Assembly: GCA_036676495.1 (NCBI GenBank)
Contig: JAKFCT010000029.1
Span: forward strand, 64,001 to 128,000
Reading direction: 5' to 3'
From: Candidatus Sericytochromatia bacterium
GTDB lineage: Bacteria; Cyanobacteriota; Sericytochromatia; S15B-MN24; UBA4093
DNA length: 64,000 bases
Shown here: positions 47,720 to 56,729 of the stretch, piece after piece
Position numbering within the stretch: the stretch's first letter is position 1
Layout: every line of letters starts with the position of its first letter
The notes under the pieces: generated by a model
The model's input: the letters and a program-made list of their open reading frames with translations, nothing else
Databases searched by the model: none
Told to the model about the DNA's origin: nothing
Program-made: the position numbers and the translations under genes

Positions 47720-49012
47720 TCAGCCGGCCAGGTAGTCGAGGACGGCCTGGACGATCACCTGAACGCCCACGGGCAGGGCGTCCTCGTCGATATCGAACTG
47801 AGGGTGGTGATGCGGCTTGTCGAGCCCCTTCGAGGGGTTGGCCGAGCCAATCAGGAAGTAGCAGCCGGGCACCTCGCGCTGGAAGTAGGCCATGTCCTCG
47901 GCGCCCATGGTGGCGGCAGCCGTGACCACGTGCTCGGCCCCCAGCACCCGTTCGGCGGCCCCGCGAACCAGGTCGCTCATCTCCGGGGCATTGACGAGCA
48001 CCGGGTACTGGTAGCGGTACTCCAGGCGGGCCGTGGCGCCGAAGGCCATGGCGACGCCCTCGATCAGCTGGGTGATCCGGCGGGGCATCTCAGCGCGCAG
48101 CGCTTCGTTGAAGGTACGGACCGTCCCCGACATGTGCGCCGTCTGGGCGATGACGTTATGCGCCGAGCCCGAGACGATCTTGCCCACCGAGAGGACGGCC
48201 GATTCGAGCGGGGAGATCTGGCGGGAGACGATGCTTTGAAGGGCGGTGAGGACGTGAGCGGCCACGACCACGGCATCCACCCCGAGGTGCGGATCGGCGG
48301 CGTGGGTGCCCTGGCCCTCGATGACGATCTCGAACTCGTCGGACGAGGCCATCAAAGGTCCGGAGCGGACCCCGATCACTCCCACCGGCAGCTCGTTCCA
48401 GATATGGAAGCCGATAGCGGCGTCCACCCGAGGGTTCGACAGGACGCCTTCCTCGATCATGAGGTCGGCGCCTCCCGGACCTTCCTCGGCGGGCTGGAAG
48501 ACGAACTTGAGGTTGCCGGGAAGCATGTCCCTTTGCTCCGCCAGGACCCGGATGGCCGTGAGCAGCATCGCCATGTGGGCGTCGTGACCGCAAGCATGCA
48601 TGACTCCCGGGTTGCGGGAGCGGTAGGAGACGTCATTCTGCTCGTCCAGGGGCAGCGCATCGATGTCGGCCCTTACCAGCAGCGTCTTTCCCTCGGTGGC
48701 TCCCGCTGGTTTCCGGCCTCCGCGCAGCAGACCCACCACTCCGGTCTTGGCGATGCCGGTCTGGACCTCGAGGCCCATGGCGTGAAGCTCGGAGGCGATC
48801 CGCGCGGCAGTGTGGACCTCGCGGAAGCTCAGCTCCGGCCAGCGATGGAAGTCGCGCCGGCATGCCACCAGATCCGCGTTCAGCGCCGACACGCGCTCAT
48901 GCAAGCTTGCCGGCGTCAGCGGGCTGGAAAGCGCGCTTTCCTCCGGGGCTTGCAAGGGGGAAGGGGGCGGGGATAACGTCTCGGCGGTCTGGGGCTGGCG
49001 GATCATGTCCAT
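47720..49012 (-). CDS. M20D-family amidohydrolase; start uncertain
   Basis: RRDFH..PELSF.E, RADIDALP, MHACGHD.H, FQPAEE, G.G.HAA.PH, AEDM, HHHP.FDIDE. Confidence 0.93.
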   Translation of the reverse strand: MDMIRQPQTAETLSPPPSPLQAPEESALSSPLTPASLHERVSALNADLVACRRDFHRWPELSFREVHTAARIASELHAMGLEVQTGIAKTGVVGLLRGGRKPAGATEGKTLLVRADIDALPLDEQNDVSYRSRNPGVMHACGHDAHMAMLLTAIRVLAEQRDMLPGNLKFVFQPAEEGPGGADLMIEEGVLSNPRVDAAIGFHIWNELPVGVIGVRSGPLMASSDEFEIVIEGQGTHAADPHLGVDAVVVAAHVLTALQSIVSRQISPLESAVLSVGKIVSGSAHNVIAQTAHMSGTVRTFNEALRAEMPRRITQLIEGVAMAFGATARLEYRYQYPVLVNAPEMSDLVRGAAERVLGAEHVVTAAATMGAEDMAYFQREVPGCYFLIGSANPSKGLDKPHHHPQFDIDEDALPVGVQVIVQAVLDYLAG

Positions 49013-49174
49013 GCGGGGAGCCTTCTTTCTTCCGGAATCGGCGACCCGAGCCCGGTGGGGCGGACGCCATCCGTATTATTCCCGGATCCGAAGCCGTTGA
49101 ATGGGGTTGCTCGGGCGGCTCGGGCGGGTTTTTCGTTAGGGGCGTCCCCCGCGGCGGGTAGAACTAGCATGGGA

Positions 49175-49376
49175 AGCGCCCGCGGCTGTTTCGTAAGGCA
49201 GCGTAGCTGACCTGTAGAAACGACCGGCTTTGAATCGCGGCTGTTTCGAAGCACCAGCGGCTTTTGAAGTAAAGCGTAGCTGACCGGTAGAAACGACCGA
49301 CTCGGGATCGCGGCGGTTTCGGAGCGCCAGCGGCTTTAGTAGTAAAGCGTAGCTGACCCGTAGAAACGACGTTAGC
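49175..49376 (+). repeat. Three-copy tandem non-coding module (73-bp period); candidate structured RNA leader or multi-site operator
   Basis: GCGTAGCTGACCNGTAGAAACGAC at 49201, 49274 and 49347; CGCGGC(T/G)GTTTCG at 49181, 49236 and 49309. Confidence 0.85.
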
Positions 49377-49391
49377 GAGGGAGGCCCAGCT

Positions 49392-50321
49392 GTGGTCCGC
49401 AAGCTCACCTCATCATCGCCTAATCTACCGCCCGGCCCTGTGGGGCCCGGCCCTCTGGGGCCTGCTCGGGCTCCGGTGAAGGTCGCGCCGGTGGGGCCCG
49501 TCAGCCCCGCTCCGAGCGCGCCCGCGCCGCCGCGTCGCACTCCCTCGGGGGAAGCCGCGTGGATGGCCGAGCTCATGTTCGAGGCGGGCTTCGATCCGAC
49601 CTTGCGCGGGGGGTCGAGCGAGTCCGGGGCGGCGTCGAGCGCGGATCCCTCGGGCGGCTTCACGCGTTCGCAGTTGCTGGGAGCCGAGGGGCCTCAGGCT
49701 GCCGGCGGGGCCCCGGTGGCGGAAGGTCAGCTCATTCGCACTCCGGAGCAGTTCCGCGAGACCCTCGGTTACCTCTTCGACCCCAAGCGGGACGCGGCGA
49801 TCGCCACCATGGAGCGCGAGGCCATCCTGCGGGCCTCCCGCGAGGTCTGGGATCCGCGCAAACCCGAGACCAACCGCCGGATCGCCTATGAGTTCATGCG
49901 GTACTTCGTCCCGGCCCTGGGGGAAGCTTACGGCTTCAAGCCGGCCCCGGTCGAGTTCAACACGGCCATGGCCGCGGGCTACAATGGCCTCTACGATCAC
50001 AAGGCCTACAAGGTCTACCTTCCCGAGGGGCTGCTTCAGGGCTCCTTCGCGACCTTCGTCGAGATCCTGGTGCATGAGCAGATGCACTGCCTGCAGGAAG
50101 GGATGATCGGCCGGCTCTACCTCAACAAGGGCCAGCCCTTGAGCCATGAGGAGCGGGCGATCGCCACCTACTGGATGAACGAGCGCCCGAAGTACCGCTC
50201 GGCGATGGCCAACGGCTCCCAGATGAGCCCCGAGACCCGCAAGCGCTACAACGCCATCGGCCAGGAGTACCATTCGATCACGACGGGCAAGCACGTGGCG
50301 GAGCGCTTCTCGCGTTCCTGA
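49392..50321 (+). CDS. Hypothetical protein with Pro-rich N-terminus and HEXXH zincin-like motif
   Basis: GAGGGAGG RBS, GTG start; NGLY......VYL...ILVHEQMHCLQE. Confidence 0.7.
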   Translation: MVRKLTSSSPNLPPGPVGPGPLGPARAPVKVAPVGPVSPAPSAPAPPRRTPSGEAAWMAELMFEAGFDPTLRGGSSESGAASSADPSGGFTRSQLLGAEGPQAAGGAPVAEGQLIRTPEQFRETLGYLFDPKRDAAIATMEREAILRASREVWDPRKPETNRRIAYEFMRYFVPALGEAYGFKPAPVEFNTAMAAGYNGLYDHKAYKVYLPEGLLQGSFATFVEILVHEQMHCLQEGMIGRLYLNKGQPLSHEERAIATYWMNERPKYRSAMANGSQMSPETRKRYNAIGQEYHSITTGKHVAERFSRS

Positions 50322-50374
50322 GCAGGTGTTCCCGCGGACCAGACCGCTTAGCGCGATCGCCTTGCAGCAGGCCA

Positions 50375-50458
50375 GTGGCGCGGGCGTCCCTGCCTGTGGC
50401 GCGGGCGTCCCTGCCTGTGGCGCGGGCGTCCCTGCCTGTGGCGCGGGCGTCCCTGCCC
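50375..50458 (+). repeat. 4 x 21-bp tandem REP-like repeat
   Basis: GTGGCGCGGGCGTCCCTGCCT at 50375, 50396, 50417 and 50438 (last base of the fourth copy differs). Confidence 0.95.
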
Positions 50459-50496
50459 GCGGTATGATGGGGCATCCCAACCGAGAGGACGCTCCC

Positions 50497-51741
50497 ATGC
50501 TCGACCATCAGCCCCAAGCTTCCCTCCGACTCCCGGTGCTCGCCCTGGCCGTGGCGGGCCTCCTCGGCGTGGCCGCCCCGGCCCATGCCCAGGGAATGGG
50601 AACCGAGCCTCAGGCCAAGGGGCTCAACGTCAAGGCCATCGTCGAGCTGGGGAACGTGCCGCGCTCACAGCTGACGATTCCCGACTTCAAGCTGATCGAG
50701 ACCCACCTCACCGGCCGGATCCCGGCGCTCACGGCCAGCTTCGAGCAGCAGCTGGCCCCGGAGGTGACCGGAGTCATCTCGGGATCCTTGCGCCAGGAGT
50801 TTTACCAGGCCCTCAGTTACCCGGATCTCTACCAGGCGGAGCTCGAACGAATCCAGTGGCGCCAGGCGGGGGGCATCGGGCTCAGCCCGCTTTACGTGCC
50901 CATGCTGGAAGACGCCTACGTCAACCTCAACGACGCGGCGCGCAACGGCTTCCTGCGCGTGGGGCAGTTCGAGCTTCCCTTCAGCTACCGGACGTCGTCC
51001 TACGAGCCGCCCTTGCCCGTAGCCCCGGTGCCGACTCCTGTCACCGAGTTCCTCTCGGCGCAGGGAGCGGGGATCTACCAGGGGTCGAGCTTCGGGCATT
51101 GGCGGGACATCGGGACCATGCTCCAGTGGCAGAGCGGCGCGGTGGGCTACGCGACCGGCCTGGTGAACGGGTCGGGCCCGAACCGCATGGACGACAACGG
51201 GGCCAAGGACGTGTTCTTGCGGGTGGACTACCGGGCGTCGGAGTCCGACGAGATCGGCCTGAGCATGCTCTGGGGCAATGAGATCGCGTACCCGGGGGGC
51301 TTCACGCAGCCCGGCAGCCCGACCGAGCGGCGGCGCTACGGGTTGCATGCCCGCTTCAAGGCGGGGGATTCCGTGGCGCTCTTCGAGTACCTCCTGGATC
51401 AGCGGCTCGGGCTCGAATCCTTGCCTCGGCAGGGCTGGTACCTGGATCTCTCCCAGGTGACGGGGCCCACGAGCAACATCTACCTCCAGTACTCGGCCTT
51501 CGGGGACGCCAACGCGGCCGGGGGAAGGAACTACGAGGCCAAGCAGACCACGCTGGGCGGCATGCAGCAGCTCTGGGAAGGTACGAACCTGCGCCTTGAG
51601 GGCCTCTGGCGCTGGGAGACGGCGACCGGGGTCTCGGCGAGCTACGGCCGCTACCTCGCCACCATGGAGTTCGCCCTGGGCGGGGGCAGCGCGGCGTCGG
51701 ATCGGCGTATGATCCCCCCGGCACCTCGCATGGCGCCCTGA
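50497..51741 (+). CDS. Outer-membrane beta-barrel porin (OprO/OprP-like)
   Basis: GAGG RBS; signal peptide ending AHA; L.DAYV, LRVGQF..PFS, RDIG, G..NG.G....DN..KD...R; TATGAT -10 at 50463. Confidence 0.7.
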   Translation: MLDHQPQASLRLPVLALAVAGLLGVAAPAHAQGMGTEPQAKGLNVKAIVELGNVPRSQLTIPDFKLIETHLTGRIPALTASFEQQLAPEVTGVISGSLRQEFYQALSYPDLYQAELERIQWRQAGGIGLSPLYVPMLEDAYVNLNDAARNGFLRVGQFELPFSYRTSSYEPPLPVAPVPTPVTEFLSAQGAGIYQGSSFGHWRDIGTMLQWQSGAVGYATGLVNGSGPNRMDDNGAKDVFLRVDYRASESDEIGLSMLWGNEIAYPGGFTQPGSPTERRRYGLHARFKAGDSVALFEYLLDQRLGLESLPRQGWYLDLSQVTGPTSNIYLQYSAFGDANAAGGRNYEAKQTTLGGMQQLWEGTNLRLEGLWRWETATGVSASYGRYLATMEFALGGGSAASDRRMIPPAPRMAP

Positions 51742-51782
51742 TCGAGACGCCAGGGCGCCATGCAAGTCGTGTAAGATGGTGG

Positions 51783-51826
51783 AGCGCCCGCGGCTTCGAC
51801 GAAGGAACGCGAAGCTCTCGATAGAA
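51783..51826 (+). promoter_or_regulatory. Single copy of the 49.2-kb module in the maf leader
   Basis: AGCGCCCGCGGCT-N13-GCGAAGCT-N5-TAGAA, just downstream of a TAAGAT -10-like box. Confidence 0.5.
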
Positions 51827-51836
51827 CTGCAACCGA

Positions 51837-52442
51837 GTGATGATCGACTTACCGTCCATTCATGCCGCCACGGTCATCCTGGCCTCGGCGTCTCCGCGCC
51901 GCCAGGAGCTCTTGCGCCAGGTGGGCATTCCCTTCGTGGTGGATCCCAGCACGGCCCAGGAGACGATCCAGCCGGACTGGACGATTCCGGAGATCGCGCA
52001 GCGGCTGGCGGAGCGCAAGGCCTTCGATGTGGCGACGCGGCATCCCGAGGCGGACGTCGTGATCGGCGCGGACACGGTGGTGGTCCTCGGGGACGAGGTG
52101 CTCGGCAAGCCCGTGGATGCCGAGGATGCCCGTCGGATGCTCAAGCAGTTGAGCGGGCGGAGTCACGCGGTCTACACGGGTTACGCGCTGGTGGCGCCGA
52201 AGCTGTCGCGCTCGGTTTCGGGGGCTGCGTGTACGCAGGTGCGCTTCCGGGTACTGGACGACGGGGAGATCGCGCGTTACGTGGCCTCGGAAGAGCCCAT
52301 GGACAAGGCGGGATCCTATGCCATCCAGGGTCTGGCGTCGCTGTTCGTGGATGGGATCGAGGGCGACTACTTCAACATCGTCGGATTGCCAATAGCTCAG
52401 GTCAACCTAGCCTTGCGGCAATTGGGGTGGCAGGTTATATAG
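51837..52442 (+). CDS. maf: Maf nucleotide pyrophosphatase
   Basis: ILASASPRR.ELL, LAERKA, GADTVV, LGKP, LSGRSH, DKAGSYAIQG, NIVGLP. Confidence 0.96.
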   Translation: MMIDLPSIHAATVILASASPRRQELLRQVGIPFVVDPSTAQETIQPDWTIPEIAQRLAERKAFDVATRHPEADVVIGADTVVVLGDEVLGKPVDAEDARRMLKQLSGRSHAVYTGYALVAPKLSRSVSGAACTQVRFRVLDDGEIARYVASEEPMDKAGSYAIQGLASLFVDGIEGDYFNIVGLPIAQVNLALRQLGWQVI

Positions 52443-52536
52443 AAGGTGCAAGCATCCCTGGGGAAACGCGGCTTCCATCATCTGTCTAGGGTTCCGCAGC
52501 CCGGTTCAGCGACCAAGAGGAGAGTGAGTTTCAATT

Positions 52537-53559
52537 ATGTTCTTCAGCCGTTTCAGTCGGGACATGGGCATCGACCTCGGGACCGCCAACACGCTGGTAT
52601 TCGTCCGCGGCAAGGGCGTCGTCCTGAGCGAGCCCTCGGTCGTGGCCATTCAGCAGAACAACCGTAGCGTGGCCCTCGCCGTGGGCGAGGAAGCCAAGCA
52701 GATGCTGGGCCGTACGCCCGGCAACATCGTGGCCATCCGCCCGTTGATGGACGGCGTCATCGCCGACTTCGACGTCGCCGAGCAGATGCTGAAGCACTTC
52801 ATCCAGAAGGTGCATGAGCGCCAGGGCGTCTTCAAGCCGCGCATGGTGATCGGCATTCCGTCGGGCGTGACGGGCGTCGAGCGGCGCGCGGTCATGGATG
52901 CCGCCCTGCAGGCGGGCGCCCGCGAGGTCTACCTGATCGAGGAGCCCATGGCGGCCGCCATCGGGGCGGGCCTTCCGGTCTCGGATCCCACCGGCTCGAT
53001 GATCGTGGACATCGGCGGCGGCACCACCGAGGTGGCGGTCATCAGCTTGGGCGGCGTGGTGGTTTCGCGCTCGGTCCGCATCGCGGGCGACGAGCTGACC
53101 GACGCCATCGTGCAGTTCCTCAAGAAGCAGCACAACCTCTCAATCGGCGAGCGCACGGCCGAGGACATCAAGATCCGCCTCGGCTCGGCCTACCCGCGTG
53201 GCGAGGAGCGCTCCATGGAAGTGCGCGGCCTCAACATGGTCTCGGGCCTGCCCCGCACGGTGATCGTGACCTCCTCCGAGGTGCGCGAGGCCCTGCAGGA
53301 GCCGGTGACGGCCATCGTGGACGCCGTGCGCGACACGCTGGAGAAGACGCCTCCCGAGCTGGCGGCGGACATCATCGACCGGGGCATCGTGCTCGCGGGC
53401 GGCGGCGCCTTGCTGCAGGGCCTGGACGAGCTGATCTCCCATGATACCGAGATGCCGGTGCATGTGGCCGACGAGCCCCTCAACTGCGTCGCCCTGGGAA
53501 CGGGCCGCGTCCTCGAGGAGTTCGGCACGCTGAAGCGGGTGCTCGGCACCTCGTCCTAG
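52537..53559 (+). CDS. mreB: Rod shape-determining protein MreB
   Basis: [41 protein letters not shown]. Confidence 0.98.
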   Translation: MFFSRFSRDMGIDLGTANTLVFVRGKGVVLSEPSVVAIQQNNRSVALAVGEEAKQMLGRTPGNIVAIRPLMDGVIADFDVAEQMLKHFIQKVHERQGVFKPRMVIGIPSGVTGVERRAVMDAALQAGAREVYLIEEPMAAAIGAGLPVSDPTGSMIVDIGGGTTEVAVISLGGVVVSRSVRIAGDELTDAIVQFLKKQHNLSIGERTAEDIKIRLGSAYPRGEERSMEVRGLNMVSGLPRTVIVTSSEVREALQEPVTAIVDAVRDTLEKTPPELAADIIDRGIVLAGGGALLQGLDELISHDTEMPVHVADEPLNCVALGTGRVLEEFGTLKRVLGTSS

Positions 53560-53563
53560 ACCC

Positions 53564-54388
53564 GTGAGCCTGATCCAACGCCTCCCGACGCGGGAAATCG
53601 GCTTCGGCCTCGCCCTGGTCCTTGCGGCCGGGGCCTTGGGCTGGGCCTCGGGCCGCACCGCCGTGCTCACCGAGGCCCTCAAGCCCGGCTGGACCCTCAT
53701 GCAGTCGGCGGTGACCGCCTTCCGCGGCGGCGCCGCCTACTTCCAGGACCTCGAGGAGCTGCGCCGGGAAAACGCCCAGTTGCAGCAGGCCCTCACCCTG
53801 GCCGAGTCCGACCTGGCCCGCCGCATGGAAGTCGACTCCCAAAACAAGCGCCTCTCGCAGCTCGTCTCGCTCTCCCAGGAACACGGCGGCAAGGGAGTGG
53901 CGGCGCAGGTCGTGGCGCGCACCCCCGACAACTGGCGCAAGCGCCTGGTGGTCAACCGCGGCACCCAGGACGGCATCGGCACCGACTCCGTGGTCATGAG
54001 CCCCCGCGGCCTGATCGGCCGGGTGCTGGTCGCCGGCCCCCATACCTCCATCATCTCCCTCTTGACCGACCCCGGGCAGACCGTGGCCAGCCTGGATCAG
54101 CGCTCGCGCTCGCCCGGCATCGTGACCGGCGAAGGCGACGCCACCCTGGCCGTTCGCTACATGCCCCAGCAGGTCGACTTCCGGATCGGAGACCTGGTGC
54201 TCACCTCCGGCTTCGGCGGCGTCTTCCCCAAGGGCATCCCCGTGGGCAAGGTGGTCCGCGTCGACCAGCGGCCGGGCGCCATCACCCCCGAGGTCACGAT
54301 CGTCCCCACCGCCGACCTCGACCGGATCGAAGAGGTCCTGATCTTCCCGCCCCTGGCCCCGATCGCCCTCCCCCCGCTCTCGAGTTAG
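53564..54388 (+). CDS. mreC: Rod shape-determining protein MreC
   Basis: TM segment, coiled coil (ENAQL), NRG..DGI, GLIGRV, TSG.GGVFPKGIPVG; synteny. Confidence 0.95.
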   Translation: MSLIQRLPTREIGFGLALVLAAGALGWASGRTAVLTEALKPGWTLMQSAVTAFRGGAAYFQDLEELRRENAQLQQALTLAESDLARRMEVDSQNKRLSQLVSLSQEHGGKGVAAQVVARTPDNWRKRLVVNRGTQDGIGTDSVVMSPRGLIGRVLVAGPHTSIISLLTDPGQTVASLDQRSRSPGIVTGEGDATLAVRYMPQQVDFRIGDLVLTSGFGGVFPKGIPVGKVVRVDQRPGAITPEVTIVPTADLDRIEEVLIFPPLAPIALPPLSS

Positions 54389-54389
54389 C

Positions 54390-54890
54390 ATGAGAATCGC
54401 CGCCGCCGCCCTCCTGATCCTCCTTGGTGCCTGGCTCCAGGGATCCCCCCTCAACGATCTGCTCACCTGGCAGCTCGATCTCCTGCTGGCCATCACCATC
54501 TCCTGGGCCGTCGGCACGGGACCGCGCGGGGGCCTGGCCGTCGGATTCGCCGCCGGCGCCGTCCAGGACGTGCTCATCGGCGGGGGGATGACCTATGCCA
54601 TCCTCAAGGGAGTGATCGGCCTCGCGGCCGGCGGCCTGCGCCCCTTCCTGCATGACCGGCAAGGCATGATCGTGACCCCCCTGATCGTCCTCTTCAGCCT
54701 GCTCCAGGACGGCGCCGTCGCCCTCCTGCTCGGCATGCAAGGCTTCGGCATGCCCTGGAGCCAGCAGATGGCGATCGCCCTCCCCGTGGCCGCCGGCAGC
54801 GCCCTCCTGGGCTGGCCCCTCTCCCTGGGCATCCGCTGGATCCTTCACCGCACCCGCAACCCCTGGGCCCTCCGGGAGGCCCAGTCGTGA
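54390..54890 (+). CDS. mreD: Rod shape-determining protein MreD
   Basis: About 5 TM segments; DLLL, GF..G..QD; lies between mreC and mrdA. Confidence 0.88.
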   Translation: MRIAAAALLILLGAWLQGSPLNDLLTWQLDLLLAITISWAVGTGPRGGLAVGFAAGAVQDVLIGGGMTYAILKGVIGLAAGGLRPFLHDRQGMIVTPLIVLFSLLQDGAVALLLGMQGFGMPWSQQMAIALPVAAGSALLGWPLSLGIRWILHRTRNPWALREAQS

Positions 54891-56683
54891 ACGGAGTCGT
54901 CCCCGGACGCTTCCCCGCGTTCATCGCCGTCGCGGTGATGGCGGCCTCGGTCATCGCCTTCCGCCTGGTCCAGCTGCAAGTCTTCAGCAACGAGCAGTAC
55001 CTCGAGCGCGCGGAAGGCAACCGCCTCCGCATCAACCTGCTGGCCGCCCCCCGCGGGCAGATCCGCGACCGCAACGGCCAGATCCTGGCCACCAGCCGGC
55101 TCTCCTACCAGATCGCCTTGCACCCCGTGCAGCTCAAGAAGGAGCAGCGCGTCGAGGTCGCCGACCGCCTCGCCGCCATCCTCAACCTGCCCCCCGAAGA
55201 GCTGCGCGCCAAGCTCAAGCGCAAGGGCCCCTCCGCGCTTCCCATCCCCATGCTCGACGACGTCGACGAGACCGTCATCGCCCGGGTCGCCGAGCACCAG
55301 CGCGAGCTTCCCGGCGTCTCCATCGACCCGGTCGTCGTGCGTTACTACCCCCGAGGGGCCTTCGCCTCGCATGTCATCGGGTATACCGGCGAAGTCACCG
55401 AGCGCGAGCTTGAGAAGATGACCGATCAAGGCTACCGGGCGGGTGATATAATCGGGAAGATGGGGATCGAGAAGGTTTTCGACACCCATCTGCGCGGCAT
55501 TCCGGGGCGCCAGCAGGTCGAAGTGGACGCCAGAGGCCGGCCCATGCGGAAACTGGCGGAGGTCCCGCCGGTTCCAGGCCGGGATCTCACGCTCACGATC
55601 GACGCCAAGCTGCAGGCGGCAGCCGAAGATGCTCTGGGAGACCGGAAGGGTTCGGTCGTCGTCCTGGAGCCCTTCAGCGGGGAGGTACTGGCGCTGGCGT
55701 CGAACCCTGACTTCGACCCCAACGTCTTCGCGACCCGGCTGACCCCCAAGGCATGGCGAGAGATCAACAGTCCCTCCCGCCCGCTCTTGAACCGCGCCAT
55801 CTCGAGCGTCTACCCGCCGGGCTCGATCTACAAGATCGTCACCCACGCGGCGGCCATGGAGGAGGGCTTCGCCAACGCGAACTCGCGTTACAACTCGACG
55901 GGCGTGTTCTACGTCGGCTCCAAGCTCTTCCGCGACTGGAAGCCCGGCGGCTTCGGACGGGTCGAGTTCAAGGAAGGGCTCGTCAAGTCGATCGACACGA
56001 TCTACTACGAGCTGGGACTCAAGATGGGCCCCGATCGCATGAAGCGCTACTCCCACATGTTCGGCTTCGGCGAGAAGACCGGCATCATCCTGCCCTCGGA
56101 GAAGGACGGGCTGATCCCGGACGGGAAGTGGAAGCGGAAGGCGCTCAAGGAAAAATGGTATCCCGGCGACTCGGTCAACATGTCGACGGGCCAAGGCTAC
56201 GTCCAGGTCTCGACGATCCAGGCCGCCGTCGAGATTGCCACGGTCGCCAACCAAGGCAAGGTCATGCGCCCGGTGCTGGTTCGCAGCCCGGAGGGGCTCG
56301 ATCCGGTGGAGGTTCGCAAGACCCTCACCCTCAAGCCCGAGACCTGGAAGATGCTTCACACGGCCCTGGCCGAGACGGTCTCTCGCGGAACGGCCGGTGC
56401 CGCCCGGATCCCGGGCTACCCGGCGGCAGGCAAAACCGGCTCGGCGGAGGCCATCAAGGGGAAGCCCACGCACGCTTGGTTCGTCGCCTACGCCCCGACG
56501 GACAAGCCCAAGCTGGCCGTCGCCGTCATGCTCGAGATGGCGGGCGGTGGGGGCGCGGTGGCAGGCCCGGTGGCCGGTCACCTGCTCCGGACCTACTTCG
56601 GGGTGCCGGATCCCAACGCGAAGGCGGCGAGCGGCTCGGCCGTGCCGGCGGCACCGCCGGCGGCAACGGGGGCGAGCGATTAG
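54887..56683 (+). CDS. mrdA: Penicillin-binding protein 2
   Basis: APRG.I.DRNG, RYYP, H.IGY.G, SxxK (PGSIYK), SxD (SID), KTG. Confidence 0.95.
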   Translation: MNGVVPGRFPAFIAVAVMAASVIAFRLVQLQVFSNEQYLERAEGNRLRINLLAAPRGQIRDRNGQILATSRLSYQIALHPVQLKKEQRVEVADRLAAILNLPPEELRAKLKRKGPSALPIPMLDDVDETVIARVAEHQRELPGVSIDPVVVRYYPRGAFASHVIGYTGEVTERELEKMTDQGYRAGDIIGKMGIEKVFDTHLRGIPGRQQVEVDARGRPMRKLAEVPPVPGRDLTLTIDAKLQAAAEDALGDRKGSVVVLEPFSGEVLALASNPDFDPNVFATRLTPKAWREINSPSRPLLNRAISSVYPPGSIYKIVTHAAAMEEGFANANSRYNSTGVFYVGSKLFRDWKPGGFGRVEFKEGLVKSIDTIYYELGLKMGPDRMKRYSHMFGFGEKTGIILPSEKDGLIPDGKWKRKALKEKWYPGDSVNMSTGQGYVQVSTIQAAVEIATVANQGKVMRPVLVRSPEGLDPVEVRKTLTLKPETWKMLHTALAETVSRGTAGAARIPGYPAAGKTGSAEAIKGKPTHAWFVAYAPTDKPKLAVAVMLEMAGGGGAVAGPVAGHLLRTYFGVPDPNAKAASGSAVPAAPPAATGASD

Positions 56684-56729
56684 CGCGACCTTAGCTCTAA
56701 GGTAGTTTTTGATCAAGGGAGGACTTATC

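Noticed and set aside
49201-49370. CRISPR array or TIGR-like guide array
   Set aside because: The intervening segments are homologous to each other rather than unique spacers; there are only three units and no cas or Nop-domain gene nearby.
49181-49370. Hammerhead ribozyme (CUGA...GAAA) or purine riboswitch (GUUUCUAC on the minus strand)
   Set aside because: The CUGANGA core and stem II are missing, and the purine-riboswitch P2/P3 loops are absent.
49175-50321. Type III toxin-antitoxin locus
   Set aside because: There is no terminator between the repeats and the ORF, and the ORF resembles a metallopeptidase rather than ToxN/CptN/TenpN. Not formally excluded.
50375-50458. CRISPR repeat or coding repeat (AGTPAPQ / AGRDARAT ORFs)
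   Set aside because: There are no spacers, the unit matches dispersed REP-like copies, and the porin has its own RBS and ATG at 50497.
56680-56706. 11-bp-phased TTAG/TTAG/GTAG upstream of minC
   Set aside because: Too degenerate, and one copy is the mrdA stop codon, so chance cannot be excluded.
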